A stretch of 64,000 nucleotides of DNA from an uncultured Candidatus Saccharibacteria bacterium (GCA_965230955.1 OZ246404.1:289184-353183); one strand, 5' to 3'. Positions 10,364 to 20,470 are shown, counted from the stretch's first letter. The notes: a model not told the origin generated them from the letters alone. A program made the numbers and translations.

Positions 10364-11632
10364 ATGAAAAAAAAGGAAACTCTCTTTGATCGAAAAAACA
10401 ACGCCATCCCGTCAAATGCGCCTGCACCGCTGGCCGATCGGATGCGCCCCGCGCGCTTGGCTGATTTTGTCGGGCAGGATCATGTGCTCAGCGCCGACAA
10501 ACTGTTACCGCGACTGATTTTTAATGATGAATTATCTTCTTTGATTTTCTGGGGGCCACCGGGAGTGGGGAAGACCACGCTGGCGAAAATTATCGCCCAA
10601 CTGACAAAAGCGCATTTCATTTGTTATAGCGCCGTGCAAGTGGGAACCAAAGAGGTCAAAGAAGAAATCGCGCAAGCGGAACAGCGCTGGCTGCTGACTA
10701 AACGGCGCACGATTCTTTTTTTGGATGAAATTCATCGTTTCAATAAAGCCCAGCAGGATGTGTTGTTGCCCCACGTGGAATCCGGACGTTTGATACTTAT
10801 CGGCGCGACCACCGAAAATCCGTCTTTCTCCGTCATCCCCGCTCTGCTCTCGCGCTGTCGGGTTATTGTTTTGCATCGACTGGGAGAGTTGGATCTGAAA
10901 AAGCTGATCAAACGCGTCCTGGTTGACAAAGCGCAGGGCCTCGGCCGCCAAAAATTAAAAATCGCGTCGGCGGCGACGGATTTTTTGATCGATCTCAGTC
11001 AGGGCGATGCCCGGGCATTGTACACGATCTTGGAGATCGCGGCGCGCGGGAAGAAAAATGGCTCGACCATCGCCGTGGCCGATATCAGCAACGCCGCCAT
11101 GAGCCGGAGCATGATTTATGATAAAAACGGCGAAGAACATTACAATGTCATTTCCGCCCTGCATAAAAGTCTGCGTGACAGCGACCAAGACGCGGCGCTG
11201 TACTGGATGGCGCGGATGATTGAGGCGGGGGAGGATCCGCTCTATGTCGTGCGGCGGCTGCTTCGTTTCGCTTCGGAAGACATCGGGAATGCCGATCCGC
11301 AAGCTTTGATCTTGGCGGTGAGTGTGATGGAGACGATCAAGTTCGTCGGAATGCCGGAGAGTAACGCCGCGCTGGCGCAGTTAGTAATTTATCTCGCAAA
11401 AGCGCCAAAAGATAATACCGCTTACGTCGCCTATGGCTTGGCTTCGGCCGACGCCAAGAAGACGAGCAACGAGCCGGTGCCGATTCACTTGCGCAACGCC
11501 CCGACTAAGTTGATGAAAGAGCTGGGTTATGGCCAAGGCTATAAATACGCGCATAACTTCAAAGACGCCAAGGTGGATCAAGAGCATTTTCCGGGGAAGT
11601 TGAGGGGGAGGAAGTATATAAAAAAAACCTAA
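10364..11632 (+). CDS. rarA: Replication-associated recombination protein A (AAA+ ATPase)
   Basis: [53 protein letters not shown]; ATG 10364 preferred. Confidence 0.95.
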   Translation: MKKKETLFDRKNNAIPSNAPAPLADRMRPARLADFVGQDHVLSADKLLPRLIFNDELSSLIFWGPPGVGKTTLAKIIAQLTKAHFICYSAVQVGTKEVKEEIAQAEQRWLLTKRRTILFLDEIHRFNKAQQDVLLPHVESGRLILIGATTENPSFSVIPALLSRCRVIVLHRLGELDLKKLIKRVLVDKAQGLGRQKLKIASAATDFLIDLSQGDARALYTILEIAARGKKNGSTIAVADISNAAMSRSMIYDKNGEEHYNVISALHKSLRDSDQDAALYWMARMIEAGEDPLYVVRRLLRFASEDIGNADPQALILAVSVMETIKFVGMPESNAALAQLVIYLAKAPKDNTAYVAYGLASADAKKTSNEPVPIHLRNAPTKLMKELGYGQGYKYAHNFKDAKVDQEHFPGKLRGRKYIKKT

Positions 11633-11728
11633 GGTCACTGCCTGCCGGTAGGCAGATCCCAATGTCAAAAATCGCTCTTGCCTTTTGCTCCCTGCTTTGT
11701 TATAATATGCCTAATTAAATAAAACCTT

Positions 11729-13690
11729 ATGAAAACTAAGATTAGGTTTAGTCTGGTGGCGGTTATTATTATGGCCGCTATTTTAGTTTTCACCGGCTGG
11801 CAGTGTCCGAAAAAGCCGGCAACTGACGCCGAAGGATTCCAGCATTTCAGTTCGGGAGATGAATTGGTCCAGGCTTTCCAGAAAGTGCATGATGATAAGC
11901 AGAGTTCCAAGAGTGAGATGGCCGAAGGGACCGGATTGACCGTTCCGCAAGCGGCTCCCGGTACAGCGAGTTCTGATGGTCGCGGCGGCGGGGAATTTTC
12001 CGAGACCAATGTTCAGGTGGCCGGCGTGGATGAAGCCGATATTGTCAAAACCAACGGCGAATATATTTATGCGCTGGCGCAGGGTAATCTGGTGGTCAGT
12101 CGAGCCTATCCGGCGGAGCAGACCGAACTGGTGGCGACGGTCACAATGGGCGACTATGTTCCCGACGAAATGTTCATCGAAGGCAATCGCTTGCTGATTT
12201 TTGGGACTGAATCCGGCCGGACGACCGCGTCATCGTCAACGTCCAGCAGCGTACCGCCCCGCTACCGTTCGCTTTTCTCGGTGCGTTTGTACGACATCGC
12301 CAACCCGCGCGATCCCAAATTCGTGGAGCGGCATGATTTCGAAGGCAGTTACGTGACGGCGCGCAAAATCGCCGGCCAAGTCTATTTTGTTTTCAATACC
12401 TATCCTTCTTATCGTGCCGGAATCGACTGTGCCGAATTGGTGCCGGGATACAAAAGTAATCGGTCGGATGTCGTTCCCCAAGCGACTGATTTCCAGCCGA
12501 TTGTCCCCTGTGGCGATGTCGGCTATGTCGAACCGCTGCGGGCCGAGAATTTTATCACCGTGGCGTCGCTCTCCATGACCGATGATCGCCAGCCGGTGCA
12601 ATCAAAAGTGATTGTCGGCACCGGGCAAAATGTTTATGCTTCGCTGGATAATCTTTATGTCGCCCAGACCAATTATCCTTCGTATTACTGGTGGGAGTCG
12701 TATAATGCCAGCGATGAAAAAACCGTGGTTTCCAAGTTTAATTTGGACCAGGGTCAAGTGGCTTTTTCCGCCAACGGTGAAGTCCCCGGCCACATCTTGA
12801 ATCAGTTTTCGATGGATCAGTACGATAATCATTTCCGGATCGCCACGACCGTGGGCCAGGCCTGGAATGAAAAAGAAAAATCAAAGAATAATATTTATAT
12901 CCTGGATTCCGCCATGAAACAATCGGGAGCGCTGGAAGATCTGGCGCCGGGCGAAACCATTTACTCGGCTCGTTTTATGGGGGAGCGCGGCTACTTGGTG
13001 ACTTTTAAAAAAGTCGACCCTCTGTTTGTAGTCGACTTGTCGAATCACAGCAATCCGCGGGTGCTCGGTAAATTGAAAATCCCGGGCTACTCCGATTATT
13101 TGCATCCTTATGACGCCAACCATATCATCGGAATCGGCAAGGAGGCCGAAGATGCTTCCACGGCGGAGACCTCCAGCCGCAATTTGGATTTTGCCTGGTA
13201 TCAAGGACTGAAAATGGCGCTCTTTGATGTCACCGATGTGGCTAATCCGGTGGAAATGTATAAAGAGGTGATTGGCGATCGCGGGACCGATTCCCCGGTC
13301 CTTCATGATCATAAAGCTTTTCTTTTTGACAAGAAAAAGAATCTACTGGTAATCCCGATCAGCTTGGCGGAAATTCAGGGGGAGAGAACCGCGGCCAACC
13401 AATACGGCAATACGGTTTATCAGGGAGCTTATGTTTACGACCTGACGCTGGAAAAAGGCTTTAACCTCAAGGGACGGATCACTCACGTGACCGATGAATC
13501 GGTCTTTGTGAAGAGCGGATATTATTACGAGACACTGGAAGCGATTACGCGCAGTTTGTATATCGATAATGTTTTGTACACGCTGTCGCCCTCGCATCTC
13601 AAGGCTAATCGTTTGTCCGATCTGAGTCTGGTAAAAGAAGTTAATTTCCCCGCCGACGATACCGCCGGTGCCAGAAATTATTATTACTAA
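11729..13690 (+). CDS. Secreted beta-propeller domain protein
   Basis: 'TNVQVAGVDEADIVKT', 'NQFSMD', 'VDPLFVVDL', 'LKIPGYSDYLHP'; TTGCCT-N17-TATAAT upstream. Confidence 0.85.
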   Translation: MKTKIRFSLVAVIIMAAILVFTGWQCPKKPATDAEGFQHFSSGDELVQAFQKVHDDKQSSKSEMAEGTGLTVPQAAPGTASSDGRGGGEFSETNVQVAGVDEADIVKTNGEYIYALAQGNLVVSRAYPAEQTELVATVTMGDYVPDEMFIEGNRLLIFGTESGRTTASSSTSSSVPPRYRSLFSVRLYDIANPRDPKFVERHDFEGSYVTARKIAGQVYFVFNTYPSYRAGIDCAELVPGYKSNRSDVVPQATDFQPIVPCGDVGYVEPLRAENFITVASLSMTDDRQPVQSKVIVGTGQNVYASLDNLYVAQTNYPSYYWWESYNASDEKTVVSKFNLDQGQVAFSANGEVPGHILNQFSMDQYDNHFRIATTVGQAWNEKEKSKNNIYILDSAMKQSGALEDLAPGETIYSARFMGERGYLVTFKKVDPLFVVDLSNHSNPRVLGKLKIPGYSDYLHPYDANHIIGIGKEAEDASTAETSSRNLDFAWYQGLKMALFDVTDVANPVEMYKEVIGDRGTDSPVLHDHKAFLFDKKKNLLVIPISLAEIQGERTAANQYGNTVYQGAYVYDLTLEKGFNLKGRITHVTDESVFVKSGYYYETLEAITRSLYIDNVLYTLSPSHLKANRLSDLSLVKEVNFPADDTAGARNYYY

Positions 13691-15541
13691 ATGAACGAAT
13701 CACCGCGCCAAATCAAAAAAATAGTTTTACTGGAGCCGAAAGAAGAAGGCGTCAACGTGTTTTCGTTTTGTAAAATACCGCGGCTGGGTGTGCCCATCTT
13801 GGCGACTTTGTTGCGCGACCGGGGTTACGCGGTAAAAGTTTATATCGAGAAAATGGCGCCGATCAACTGGCGTGAAGTTTACTCGGCGGATTTGGTGGGA
13901 ATTTCGATTGTGACCAATACCGCTTTCCCCAGTTACCGGATGGCCCAAAAGATCCGTGCCCGCGGCATCCCGGTGGTCTTGGGCGGACCGCATCCGACTT
14001 TTGAGCCGGAAGAAGCTTTGCAGTACGGCGATTATGTTTTACGCGGCGAGGGCGAGGAAAGCCTGATTAAATTAATTGAAAATTTAAACCGGCGGGGAGA
14101 TTTGCGCCAGGTTGACGGTTTGTGCTTCTGGGATAAGGCTCGCCCCGTCTATAATAAAGCGGCGACTTTTTGTCCCAATATCAATATTACTCCAGATTTT
14201 TCTTTGATTCACGGGGCCAAAAAATTCTACAATCGCCGTTTTCATTTTGATGTATCCTCGCTGGAAGTCTTGACGACGCGTGGCTGTCCTTTCGGGTGTA
14301 AATTTTGTTCGGTGATCCAGATGTCGGGACGTAAGATGCGGGAGCGAAAGGTGGAGCAAGTGGTGGATGAGATCGAGCATCTGGTCACCACTTATCGCCA
14401 AAAAAAGATGTTTATCGTCGATGATAATTTTACGGCCAATCGCGATCGGGCCAAGAAACTTTTGCGCTTGATGATCGCGCGAAAAATTCAGGTGAAAATG
14501 TCGGCTCAGGTTCGGGTTGAAACAGCCAAGGATTCGGAATTGGTCCAGCTGATGAAATTGGCCGGTATCCATATGGTGCAGATCGGCCTGGAGTCGGTCA
14601 ATCCCGATACTCTGAAAAACTTCAACAAGCGCCAGCAAGTCGAAGACATGAAAGCGGCGATCAGGGCTTTTACCGATGTGGGAATATTTGTCCATGGCAT
14701 GTTTATCATCGGCTCCGATTATGATACGCCGGCTACGATCGATGTGACGATCAAATTTGCGCAAGAAATGGGTTTGGTGGCGATTCAGTTATTGCCGTTG
14801 GGGCCGTTGCCGGGGACGGAATTGACGGCGGAATTACTGCGTGAGAAACGTGTGATTACGCGCGACTGGAGTATTTATGACGGAAATCGAGTGGTTCTCT
14901 TTCCGCGGCGGATGCGGCCGTCGGCCAATCAGAAAGCCATCTTTCGCGGCTATAAAAAGTTTTATACTTTTACCCGTCCGTGGCGTTATATTTTGAAACG
15001 GCAATGGGGTTATGCCGGTATTGCTATTTTTGGCTATTTTGCCTCGCGTAGTTTTGAACGCCAGCTTGGTCCTTATATGCGCTTTCTTGAATCGGTGGAA
15101 AAGGGCAAGTATCGCCAGACGGCGACAGGCGAAGAAATCATTGAACCGGTACAGCACGAAACCGAGGAAGGAATGGCTGATAACAGTATCAGTCGTCGTT
15201 TGGCTAAATATTTTGGCCGGTATGTTCCGGTTTTGCCACAGCAAGACTCCAGGAACGTTTTTCCTTTTTCGCGCTTGCTCCCGCGCCGTTTGAAATTGCC
15301 GATGCTGTCTAATCATTCCTTGGGAAAATTTCCAAAACGTTTAGCGCGGATTTTACGCCGTAGTCAGCGTCCCTTGGTTTTGGATTTTTCCGGGGTGAAT
15401 ATAACCGATCAAAAATTCTGGATGAAAATCCACCAGGCAGTTAAGCCTTTTGGTCAGAGAGTTCGTTTGAAAGTCAAAGCCGGAACGGCGCGTCTCTGGA
15501 ACTTGAAAAATTTACGCAATTTGACTATTATTGACGGTTAG
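13691..15541 (+). CDS. Cobalamin-binding radical SAM protein
   Basis: 'VVLGGPHPT', 'GEGE', 'RGCPFGCKFC' CxxxCxxC, 'DDNF', 'IGLES', 'PLPGT'. Confidence 0.9.
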   Translation: MNESPRQIKKIVLLEPKEEGVNVFSFCKIPRLGVPILATLLRDRGYAVKVYIEKMAPINWREVYSADLVGISIVTNTAFPSYRMAQKIRARGIPVVLGGPHPTFEPEEALQYGDYVLRGEGEESLIKLIENLNRRGDLRQVDGLCFWDKARPVYNKAATFCPNINITPDFSLIHGAKKFYNRRFHFDVSSLEVLTTRGCPFGCKFCSVIQMSGRKMRERKVEQVVDEIEHLVTTYRQKKMFIVDDNFTANRDRAKKLLRLMIARKIQVKMSAQVRVETAKDSELVQLMKLAGIHMVQIGLESVNPDTLKNFNKRQQVEDMKAAIRAFTDVGIFVHGMFIIGSDYDTPATIDVTIKFAQEMGLVAIQLLPLGPLPGTELTAELLREKRVITRDWSIYDGNRVVLFPRRMRPSANQKAIFRGYKKFYTFTRPWRYILKRQWGYAGIAIFGYFASRSFERQLGPYMRFLESVEKGKYRQTATGEEIIEPVQHETEEGMADNSISRRLAKYFGRYVPVLPQQDSRNVFPFSRLLPRRLKLPMLSNHSLGKFPKRLARILRRSQRPLVLDFSGVNITDQKFWMKIHQAVKPFGQRVRLKVKAGTARLWNLKNLRNLTIIDG

Positions 15542-15713
15542 GGTCGGTTTGCTTTTGATCCAGTATGATGCTGGTTTTTTGTTGGAATAACTTGAAAGGG
15601 AGGCAGGAAATCGTAATTCTAATTTTGAAACTTGCTTACGCAAGCAAGTTCGATATAATTTCAGAGCCCGGTATTTGAGAGTCATAATTTCGTTTTGAAT
15701 TTATTTTTACCGT

Positions 15714-16616
15714 ATGCGCATCGGCATTCCCCAGGCATTTATTTACTACAAACATCCAGGACTCTGGGAAGATTTTTTTCGAACCCTGGGATTGGAAGTA
15801 ATCTTGTCCGGTACCACCAATCGGGATATTTTAGAAGCCGGCGTGCGTATCACCGAAAGTGAAAGCTGCCTGCCGGTCAAAATCTACTACGGGCACTGCC
15901 AAAAACTGCTGGAACAAAAAATAGACATTCTCTTTTCTCCGCGTTATATCAGCCTTAAGAAAAATCGCTTGGGCTGTCCCAAGTTTTTTGCCCTGGCGGA
16001 TGTTATTCCTTATATGTTTGACCGTCGGGTCAAGATTTGCGCGCCGTATGTCAATTTTAATGAAAAAGACTTAGCCGCTACTCTGCGCGCCGTGGCGCAA
16101 AAGTTGAATTTTTCTGATGAAAAAATCGAGTCGGTTTTGCCGGCGGTCTTGTCTCGGGAAGAGGCCCGGCGAGCCGAAAAACAACGCCAGTTCGAAAATG
16201 TCATGGCTTCATCCCGGCCGATCGTTTTACTGATCAGCCACCCTTATAATCTTTATGATTCTTTCGTCAACGCCGATTTGGTTCGGCAGTTGCGTCGTTT
16301 GAAGGTGGAAATTCTAATGATAGATTGGATTCCGGTCACGACGTCTCATCCGCAGGATTTCTTTTTCCACTGGGATTTCGCCGAAGAAATGCTGAATCAA
16401 GTGGATGAGGTGGTAAATAGTCGGATTGCCGGCGGGCTTCAGGTATCGACGTTTAATTGCGGCTGCGATTCGGTTATAAAAGAATTCGTCGAGAAAAAAT
16501 TCCGCGCCGCCCAGCGTCCGTATATGCCGTTGATTTTGGATGAACATACCGCCGAGGCGGGGATCAAGACGCGCTTGGAAGCTTTTGTCGATACTCTAAA
16601 AAAACGGAAAATTTAA
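15714..16616 (+). CDS. Acyl-CoA dehydratase activase-related (DUF2229-like) reductase subunit
   Basis: 'IGIP', 'SCLPVKIYYGH', 'GCPK', 'FNCGCDS', 'DEHTAEAGIKTRLEAF'. Confidence 0.85.
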   Translation: MRIGIPQAFIYYKHPGLWEDFFRTLGLEVILSGTTNRDILEAGVRITESESCLPVKIYYGHCQKLLEQKIDILFSPRYISLKKNRLGCPKFFALADVIPYMFDRRVKICAPYVNFNEKDLAATLRAVAQKLNFSDEKIESVLPAVLSREEARRAEKQRQFENVMASSRPIVLLISHPYNLYDSFVNADLVRQLRRLKVEILMIDWIPVTTSHPQDFFFHWDFAEEMLNQVDEVVNSRIAGGLQVSTFNCGCDSVIKEFVEKKFRAAQRPYMPLILDEHTAEAGIKTRLEAFVDTLKKRKI

Positions 16617-16617
16617 T

Positions 16618-17709
16618 ATGTCAAAACGAATACGTAAAATCACTTTTCCTCATATGGGGCACTACGATGCCGCTTTTGAGGAAATAATGCGGGCGATGGG
16701 TCATATTCCGGTCATGCCCGACCCGATCAATCGGGCGACGGTGGAAACGGGCGTGAAATACGCCCCGGAATTTATTTGTTTTCCCTGCAAAGTAAATATC
16801 GGCGATGAGTTGAACGGTATTGCCAAAGGCGCGGACACGGTGGTGATGTTTTCCTCGAACGGTCAATGTCGCTATCGATATTACGCGGCGGTTCAGCGAA
16901 AGATTTTACATGATTTGGGCCAGAAGATTGATTTTTTTATTTTCACTCCGCGAGATTGGCTGAAAAAATTCAGTGAATTGACTAATCGAAATTATTTCAG
17001 TTTGCTCCTTAGATTTGTCAGTGCTTGGCGCAAAGTGAAAACTACGGAACTGGTGGAGCAGCTCGGTTATTACTACCGTCCGCGCGCTCTGCATCCGGAA
17101 CGTGTCGGAGGCATTCAGCAACGTTGCTGGAAATTAATCAGCCAAACAAAGTTGAAGAGCTATTTTAATTACCGCCGTTTGAAGCGGCAGATCAGAGAGG
17201 AATTCGAGGAAATAGAAATCAAGGATAATTTCCAGCCGTTGCGAATCGGGATTATTGGAGAAATATATAGCGTCATCGAGCCTTTTGTGAATCAGAATAT
17301 CGAGGAGTCCCTGGGTAACCTGGGAGTGGAAGTGACGCGTCGGTTGAATTTATCTCATTTTGTAAAAGAATTTCAGCCGTGGAACAAACGGTACGAAGCG
17401 CGGTTGACCCGTCCTTATATCGGTTATGTGGTTGGCGGTCATGGTCGAACTTCCGTGCTGCATTTGCTAGAGTATTGCCGGGAAAATTTTGACGGCGTGA
17501 TCCATCTGGCGGTTTTCGGCTGTATGCCGGAAGTGACGGTTCGCCCGATCCTCTCAAAGATCAGTCAGCAAAAAAACATGCCGTTTATTTCTCTGTCCCT
17601 TGATGAGCATAGCGGCCAGGCGGGAGTCCAGACACGGGTGGAGGCGTTTGTGGATTTGATTAAAGGAAAAATCCGAAATCCGAAATCAGAAATCCGAAAC
17701 AATACTTAA
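16618..17709 (+). CDS. 2-hydroxyacyl-CoA dehydratase D-like reductase subunit
   Basis: 'FPHMG', 'CFPCK', 'GQCRY', 'IGIIGEIY', 'FGCMPE', 'DEHSGQAGVQTRVEAF'. Confidence 0.85.
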   Translation: MSKRIRKITFPHMGHYDAAFEEIMRAMGHIPVMPDPINRATVETGVKYAPEFICFPCKVNIGDELNGIAKGADTVVMFSSNGQCRYRYYAAVQRKILHDLGQKIDFFIFTPRDWLKKFSELTNRNYFSLLLRFVSAWRKVKTTELVEQLGYYYRPRALHPERVGGIQQRCWKLISQTKLKSYFNYRRLKRQIREEFEEIEIKDNFQPLRIGIIGEIYSVIEPFVNQNIEESLGNLGVEVTRRLNLSHFVKEFQPWNKRYEARLTRPYIGYVVGGHGRTSVLHLLEYCRENFDGVIHLAVFGCMPEVTVRPILSKISQQKNMPFISLSLDEHSGQAGVQTRVEAFVDLIKGKIRNPKSEIRNNT

Positions 17710-17796
17710 GTCCCAATCATTAAATTATAAACTTTTAAATTTTGGGATTGGAATTTGGGAATTGTTTCGTGCTTTGATATTCGAATTTCGAATTTT
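17668..17796. repeat. AAATCCG heptamer inverted array overlapping the gene 3' end
   Basis: AAATCCG AAATCCG AAATCAG AAATCCG ... TTCGAATTTCGAATTT. Confidence 0.75.
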
Positions 17797-17815
17797 ACCT
17801 GGAAAGGAGGCCTTT

Positions 17816-18031
17816 ATGTCCTTGAAAGAGTTTTTTCAGAAGAGGTTAGCTCGGGAAATGGGTATTCGCGAGGAAGAAGTGACCGAAAAACGCTGTGCCG
17901 AGTTTGTTCTCAGGCATTGCCCTCTGCGGCATCGTTCTTCGCCGGCTGATCGACGATTTAAGCATATCAGTCGGGAAGAATTCGAAGCGCTCAAGCGCAA
18001 TAACGATGCTTTTGCGGCCAGTCTGGATTGA
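17816..18031 (+). CDS. Small hypothetical protein (71 aa)
   Basis: AAAGGAGG 17803-17810 before ATG 17816; hairpin at about 18051-18074. Confidence 0.55.
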   Translation: MSLKEFFQKRLAREMGIREEEVTEKRCAEFVLRHCPLRHRSSPADRRFKHISREEFEALKRNNDAFAASLD

Positions 18032-18114
18032 TAGAAAAATCTTCCCACCACCCGGTAACAATAAAGTTACCGGGTTTTATTTTACTTGTTTGAAAGTTAT
18101 CCACACCTTAAATA

Positions 18115-18170
18115 TTGACGTTCGGTTTTTGTTCGGATATGATCAGGGTGCAGGCGAACAAAATACGAAT
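18115..18170 (+). promoter_or_regulatory. Sigma70 promoter overlapped by direct-repeat LexA boxes
   Basis: TTGACG 18115-20, 17 nt, TATGAT 18138-43; GTTC-N7-GTTC 18120-18134; GAAC-N7-GAAT 18156-18170. Confidence 0.75.
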
Positions 18171-18180
18171 ATATAAAAAT

Positions 18181-18336
18181 ATGACTGTCAAAAGTAAAAA
18201 TGACTTGGACAAAGTCCAGCTCTATATCCAAAAACTGCAAGAGATTAAAGGCTTCCTTCAGCAGGCCCACATTGAAGAACGAGAGGAAAAAGAAGGCCTG
18301 GATCTCCGAATCAATTGCTATTGGAATAACGTTTAA
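18181..18336 (+). CDS. Small protein (51 aa), first ORF of the lexA unit
   Basis: ATG 18181 just after the promoter; MTVKSKNDLDKVQLYIQKLQEIKGFLQ... Confidence 0.45.
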   Translation: MTVKSKNDLDKVQLYIQKLQEIKGFLQQAHIEEREEKEGLDLRINCYWNNV

Positions 18337-18340
18337 TAAA

Positions 18341-18377
18341 CCAGGTGCGGCCTGCCGAATCGGCAGGCTGCCCCTGG
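18341..18377. repeat. Nested palindrome CCAGG-(GCCTGCCG AAT CGGCAGGC)-CCTGG
   Basis: Similar to 2184-2224. Confidence 0.8.
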
Positions 18378-18391
18378 AACGGAATGATTTT

Positions 18392-19003
18392 ATGGGTAAA
18401 TCTTTGACTAAAAAACAGACTGAAATTTTGAATTACGTGGCTGATTTTGTGGGGGAGCACAGTTATGCTCCGAGTTACCGTGAGATCGCCCAGCACTTTA
18501 AATTGTCATCGGTAGCGACCGTCCATGATCACATTTCTTCTCTGGTGGCGAAAGGTTTCTTGCGCGATGCTGATGGTGAGGCGCGCGGGATTGAGTTGGT
18601 TACCAGAGAGGATCATCCCTTAAGTACGGTCGAGTCCTTGCCGCTTTTGGGTTTAATTGCGGCTGGGGAGCCGATTGAAGCCATTGAAAGTCAAGAGAGA
18701 ATCGATGTGCCGCAAAATATGCTTGGTTCCGGTGACTATTTTGCGTTGCAGGTAAAAGGATTGTCCATGATCGAAGATGGAATCAACGATGGGGATTTTG
18801 TTATCGTGGAAAAACGCAGTGTCGCCAACAATGGCGATATCGTGGTGGCCTTGCTTAATGGCCGTGATGCTACATTGAAGCGCTTTTATCAGGAAGCACA
18901 GCGTGTTCGCTTGGAGCCGGCAAATTCCAGCATGAAACCGATCTTTGTCCGGCAGGGACTGCAAATCCAGGGCAAAGTTGTGGGGCTGATGCGTAAATAT
19001 TAA
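18392..19003 (+). CDS. lexA: SOS repressor LexA
   Basis: 'LTKKQ..IL', 'PSYREI', IAAG cleavage site, catalytic 'GLSM' and 'ATLKR'; ATG 18392. Confidence 0.95.
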   Translation: MGKSLTKKQTEILNYVADFVGEHSYAPSYREIAQHFKLSSVATVHDHISSLVAKGFLRDADGEARGIELVTREDHPLSTVESLPLLGLIAAGEPIEAIESQERIDVPQNMLGSGDYFALQVKGLSMIEDGINDGDFVIVEKRSVANNGDIVVALLNGRDATLKRFYQEAQRVRLEPANSSMKPIFVRQGLQIQGKVVGLMRKY

Positions 19004-19015
19004 CTTTCAAATAAA

Positions 19016-19147
19016 ATGGTCGTTACCTGGAGACAAATAAACAAAAGCGAAGAAGTATCCGCCCCTCATGCTTTCCGAGTGTTCTTTTTCGGGCTATTGC
19101 TTGGCGGCTTAGTTGCTTCCATGGTTGCCTGGATTATTTGGCGATAA
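19016..19147 (+). CDS. Unannotated 43-aa single-TM membrane protein
   Basis: MVVTWRQINKSEEVSAPHAFRVFFFGLLLGGLVASMVAWIIWR, 12 nt after the lexA stop. Confidence 0.55.
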   Translation: MVVTWRQINKSEEVSAPHAFRVFFFGLLLGGLVASMVAWIIWR

Positions 19148-19151
19148 GAAG

Positions 19152-19220
19152 GGTCTTTAGTCTTTGGTCTTTTGACATTTAATATCCGGCTAAAGACTAA
19201 AGACCAACGACTAAAGACCA
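19152..19220. repeat. GTCTTTA/TAAAGAC heptamer inverted array
   Basis: GTCTTTA GTCTTTG GTCTTT ... TAAAGAC TAAAGAC CAACGAC TAAAGAC. Confidence 0.8.
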
Positions 19221-19223
19221 ATT

Positions 19224-20393
19224 ATGTCCTGTATAATTCACGTTGACATGGATGCCTTCTTCCCCTCAGTCGAGCAGGTGCTTAATCCGAAATTAAAAGG
19301 TAAGCCGGTTATTGTCGGGGCCAAGCCGTCAGAGCGGGGAGTCGTGTCTTCAGCCAGTTATGAAGCTCGGGTTTTTGGAGTCCATTCGGCCATGCCTTCG
19401 GTGCGGGCAGGGCAACTGTGTCCGCAGGGTATTTTCATCCACGGTCATTATGATGCTTATCAAAAATATTCGGCGGCTATTCGCCGGATTTTTTTGCATT
19501 ACACCGGGGCCATGGACATGGTGTCGCTCGATGAAGCATATTTGGATTTCACCGGCTATGAATTACTGTACTCCGATATTCCCTTGATCGGACGGCGCAT
19601 TCAACAGGATATTTTTCGCGAGACCAAGCTGTCTTGCTCGGTTGGGGTAGCATCGTCTCGGGTCGTCGCCAAGGTGGCCAGCGATTTCAAAAAACCGCGC
19701 GGATTTACGGTCGTAGCTCCAGGTTATGAAAAAGATTTTTTTGCGCCTCTGCCGATCCGCAAATTACCGGGTATCGGGCCCAAGAGCGAGGAAGCGCTCA
19801 AGAATATCGGTATCAAAAAGCTGGGTGATATTTCCCGCCGCCCTTTGGAATTTTGGGCGAGCACCTGGGGCAAAGCCGGGGTGGCGCTATGGTATGAGTC
19901 TCGGGGACAAGATTATGGCCGTTTTTCGGCTACCCCGAAAAATCATTCTGTTTCTCGAGAAACTACCTTCAAAGTTGATACTCAGAATCAAACTCTTTTG
20001 CACTCTACTTTGGCGTATCTGGTCGAAAAAGCTGCCTATGATTTGCGTTTCCAGAGCGCTAAAGCCCAGGAAGTAAAAGTAAAAGTGCGCTATGAGGATT
20101 TTACGACGACTACCAGCGGCAAAAGACTGATGTTGGCGACGAGCAATACCACCGATCTCCATCGCGCGGCCAAAAACATTTTTGAGCGTCTGTATAAAAA
20201 AGGCCAGCGGGTTCGCCTGTTGGGCGTTGGTTTCGGCTGTCTGAAGCCTGACCGGGAGCAGGGTTCGATCTTTGACCTGCTTGAATCAAAAGAAAATCAC
20301 AAGCTCATTTCGCTGAACAATGCAGCGGATAAAATCAGGGGACGGTATGGTTTTGGGTCAATTGGTGTTTTGGGGGCGGCCAAAGAAGGATAG
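19224..20393 (+). CDS. dinB: DNA polymerase IV (Y family)
   Basis: 'HVDMDAFF', 'ASYEAR', 'SLDEAYLD', 'AKVASDFKKP'. Confidence 0.95.
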   Translation: MSCIIHVDMDAFFPSVEQVLNPKLKGKPVIVGAKPSERGVVSSASYEARVFGVHSAMPSVRAGQLCPQGIFIHGHYDAYQKYSAAIRRIFLHYTGAMDMVSLDEAYLDFTGYELLYSDIPLIGRRIQQDIFRETKLSCSVGVASSRVVAKVASDFKKPRGFTVVAPGYEKDFFAPLPIRKLPGIGPKSEEALKNIGIKKLGDISRRPLEFWASTWGKAGVALWYESRGQDYGRFSATPKNHSVSRETTFKVDTQNQTLLHSTLAYLVEKAAYDLRFQSAKAQEVKVKVRYEDFTTTTSGKRLMLATSNTTDLHRAAKNIFERLYKKGQRVRLLGVGFGCLKPDREQGSIFDLLESKENHKLISLNNAADKIRGRYGFGSIGVLGAAKEG

Positions 20394-20470
20394 TGTAGAA
20401 TTTTGCAAAAATAAAACGACCACATAATGGCGGGTCGTTGTCGCCTTGCTGTTCAATTTTCCCGGTTTGT

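Noticed and set aside
18200-18391. N-terminal extension of LexA in the ORF track
   Set aside because: It crosses a palindromic repeat; LexA similarity starts at ATG 18392. The same applies to the extensions on rarA, mraZ, trxA and ybaK.
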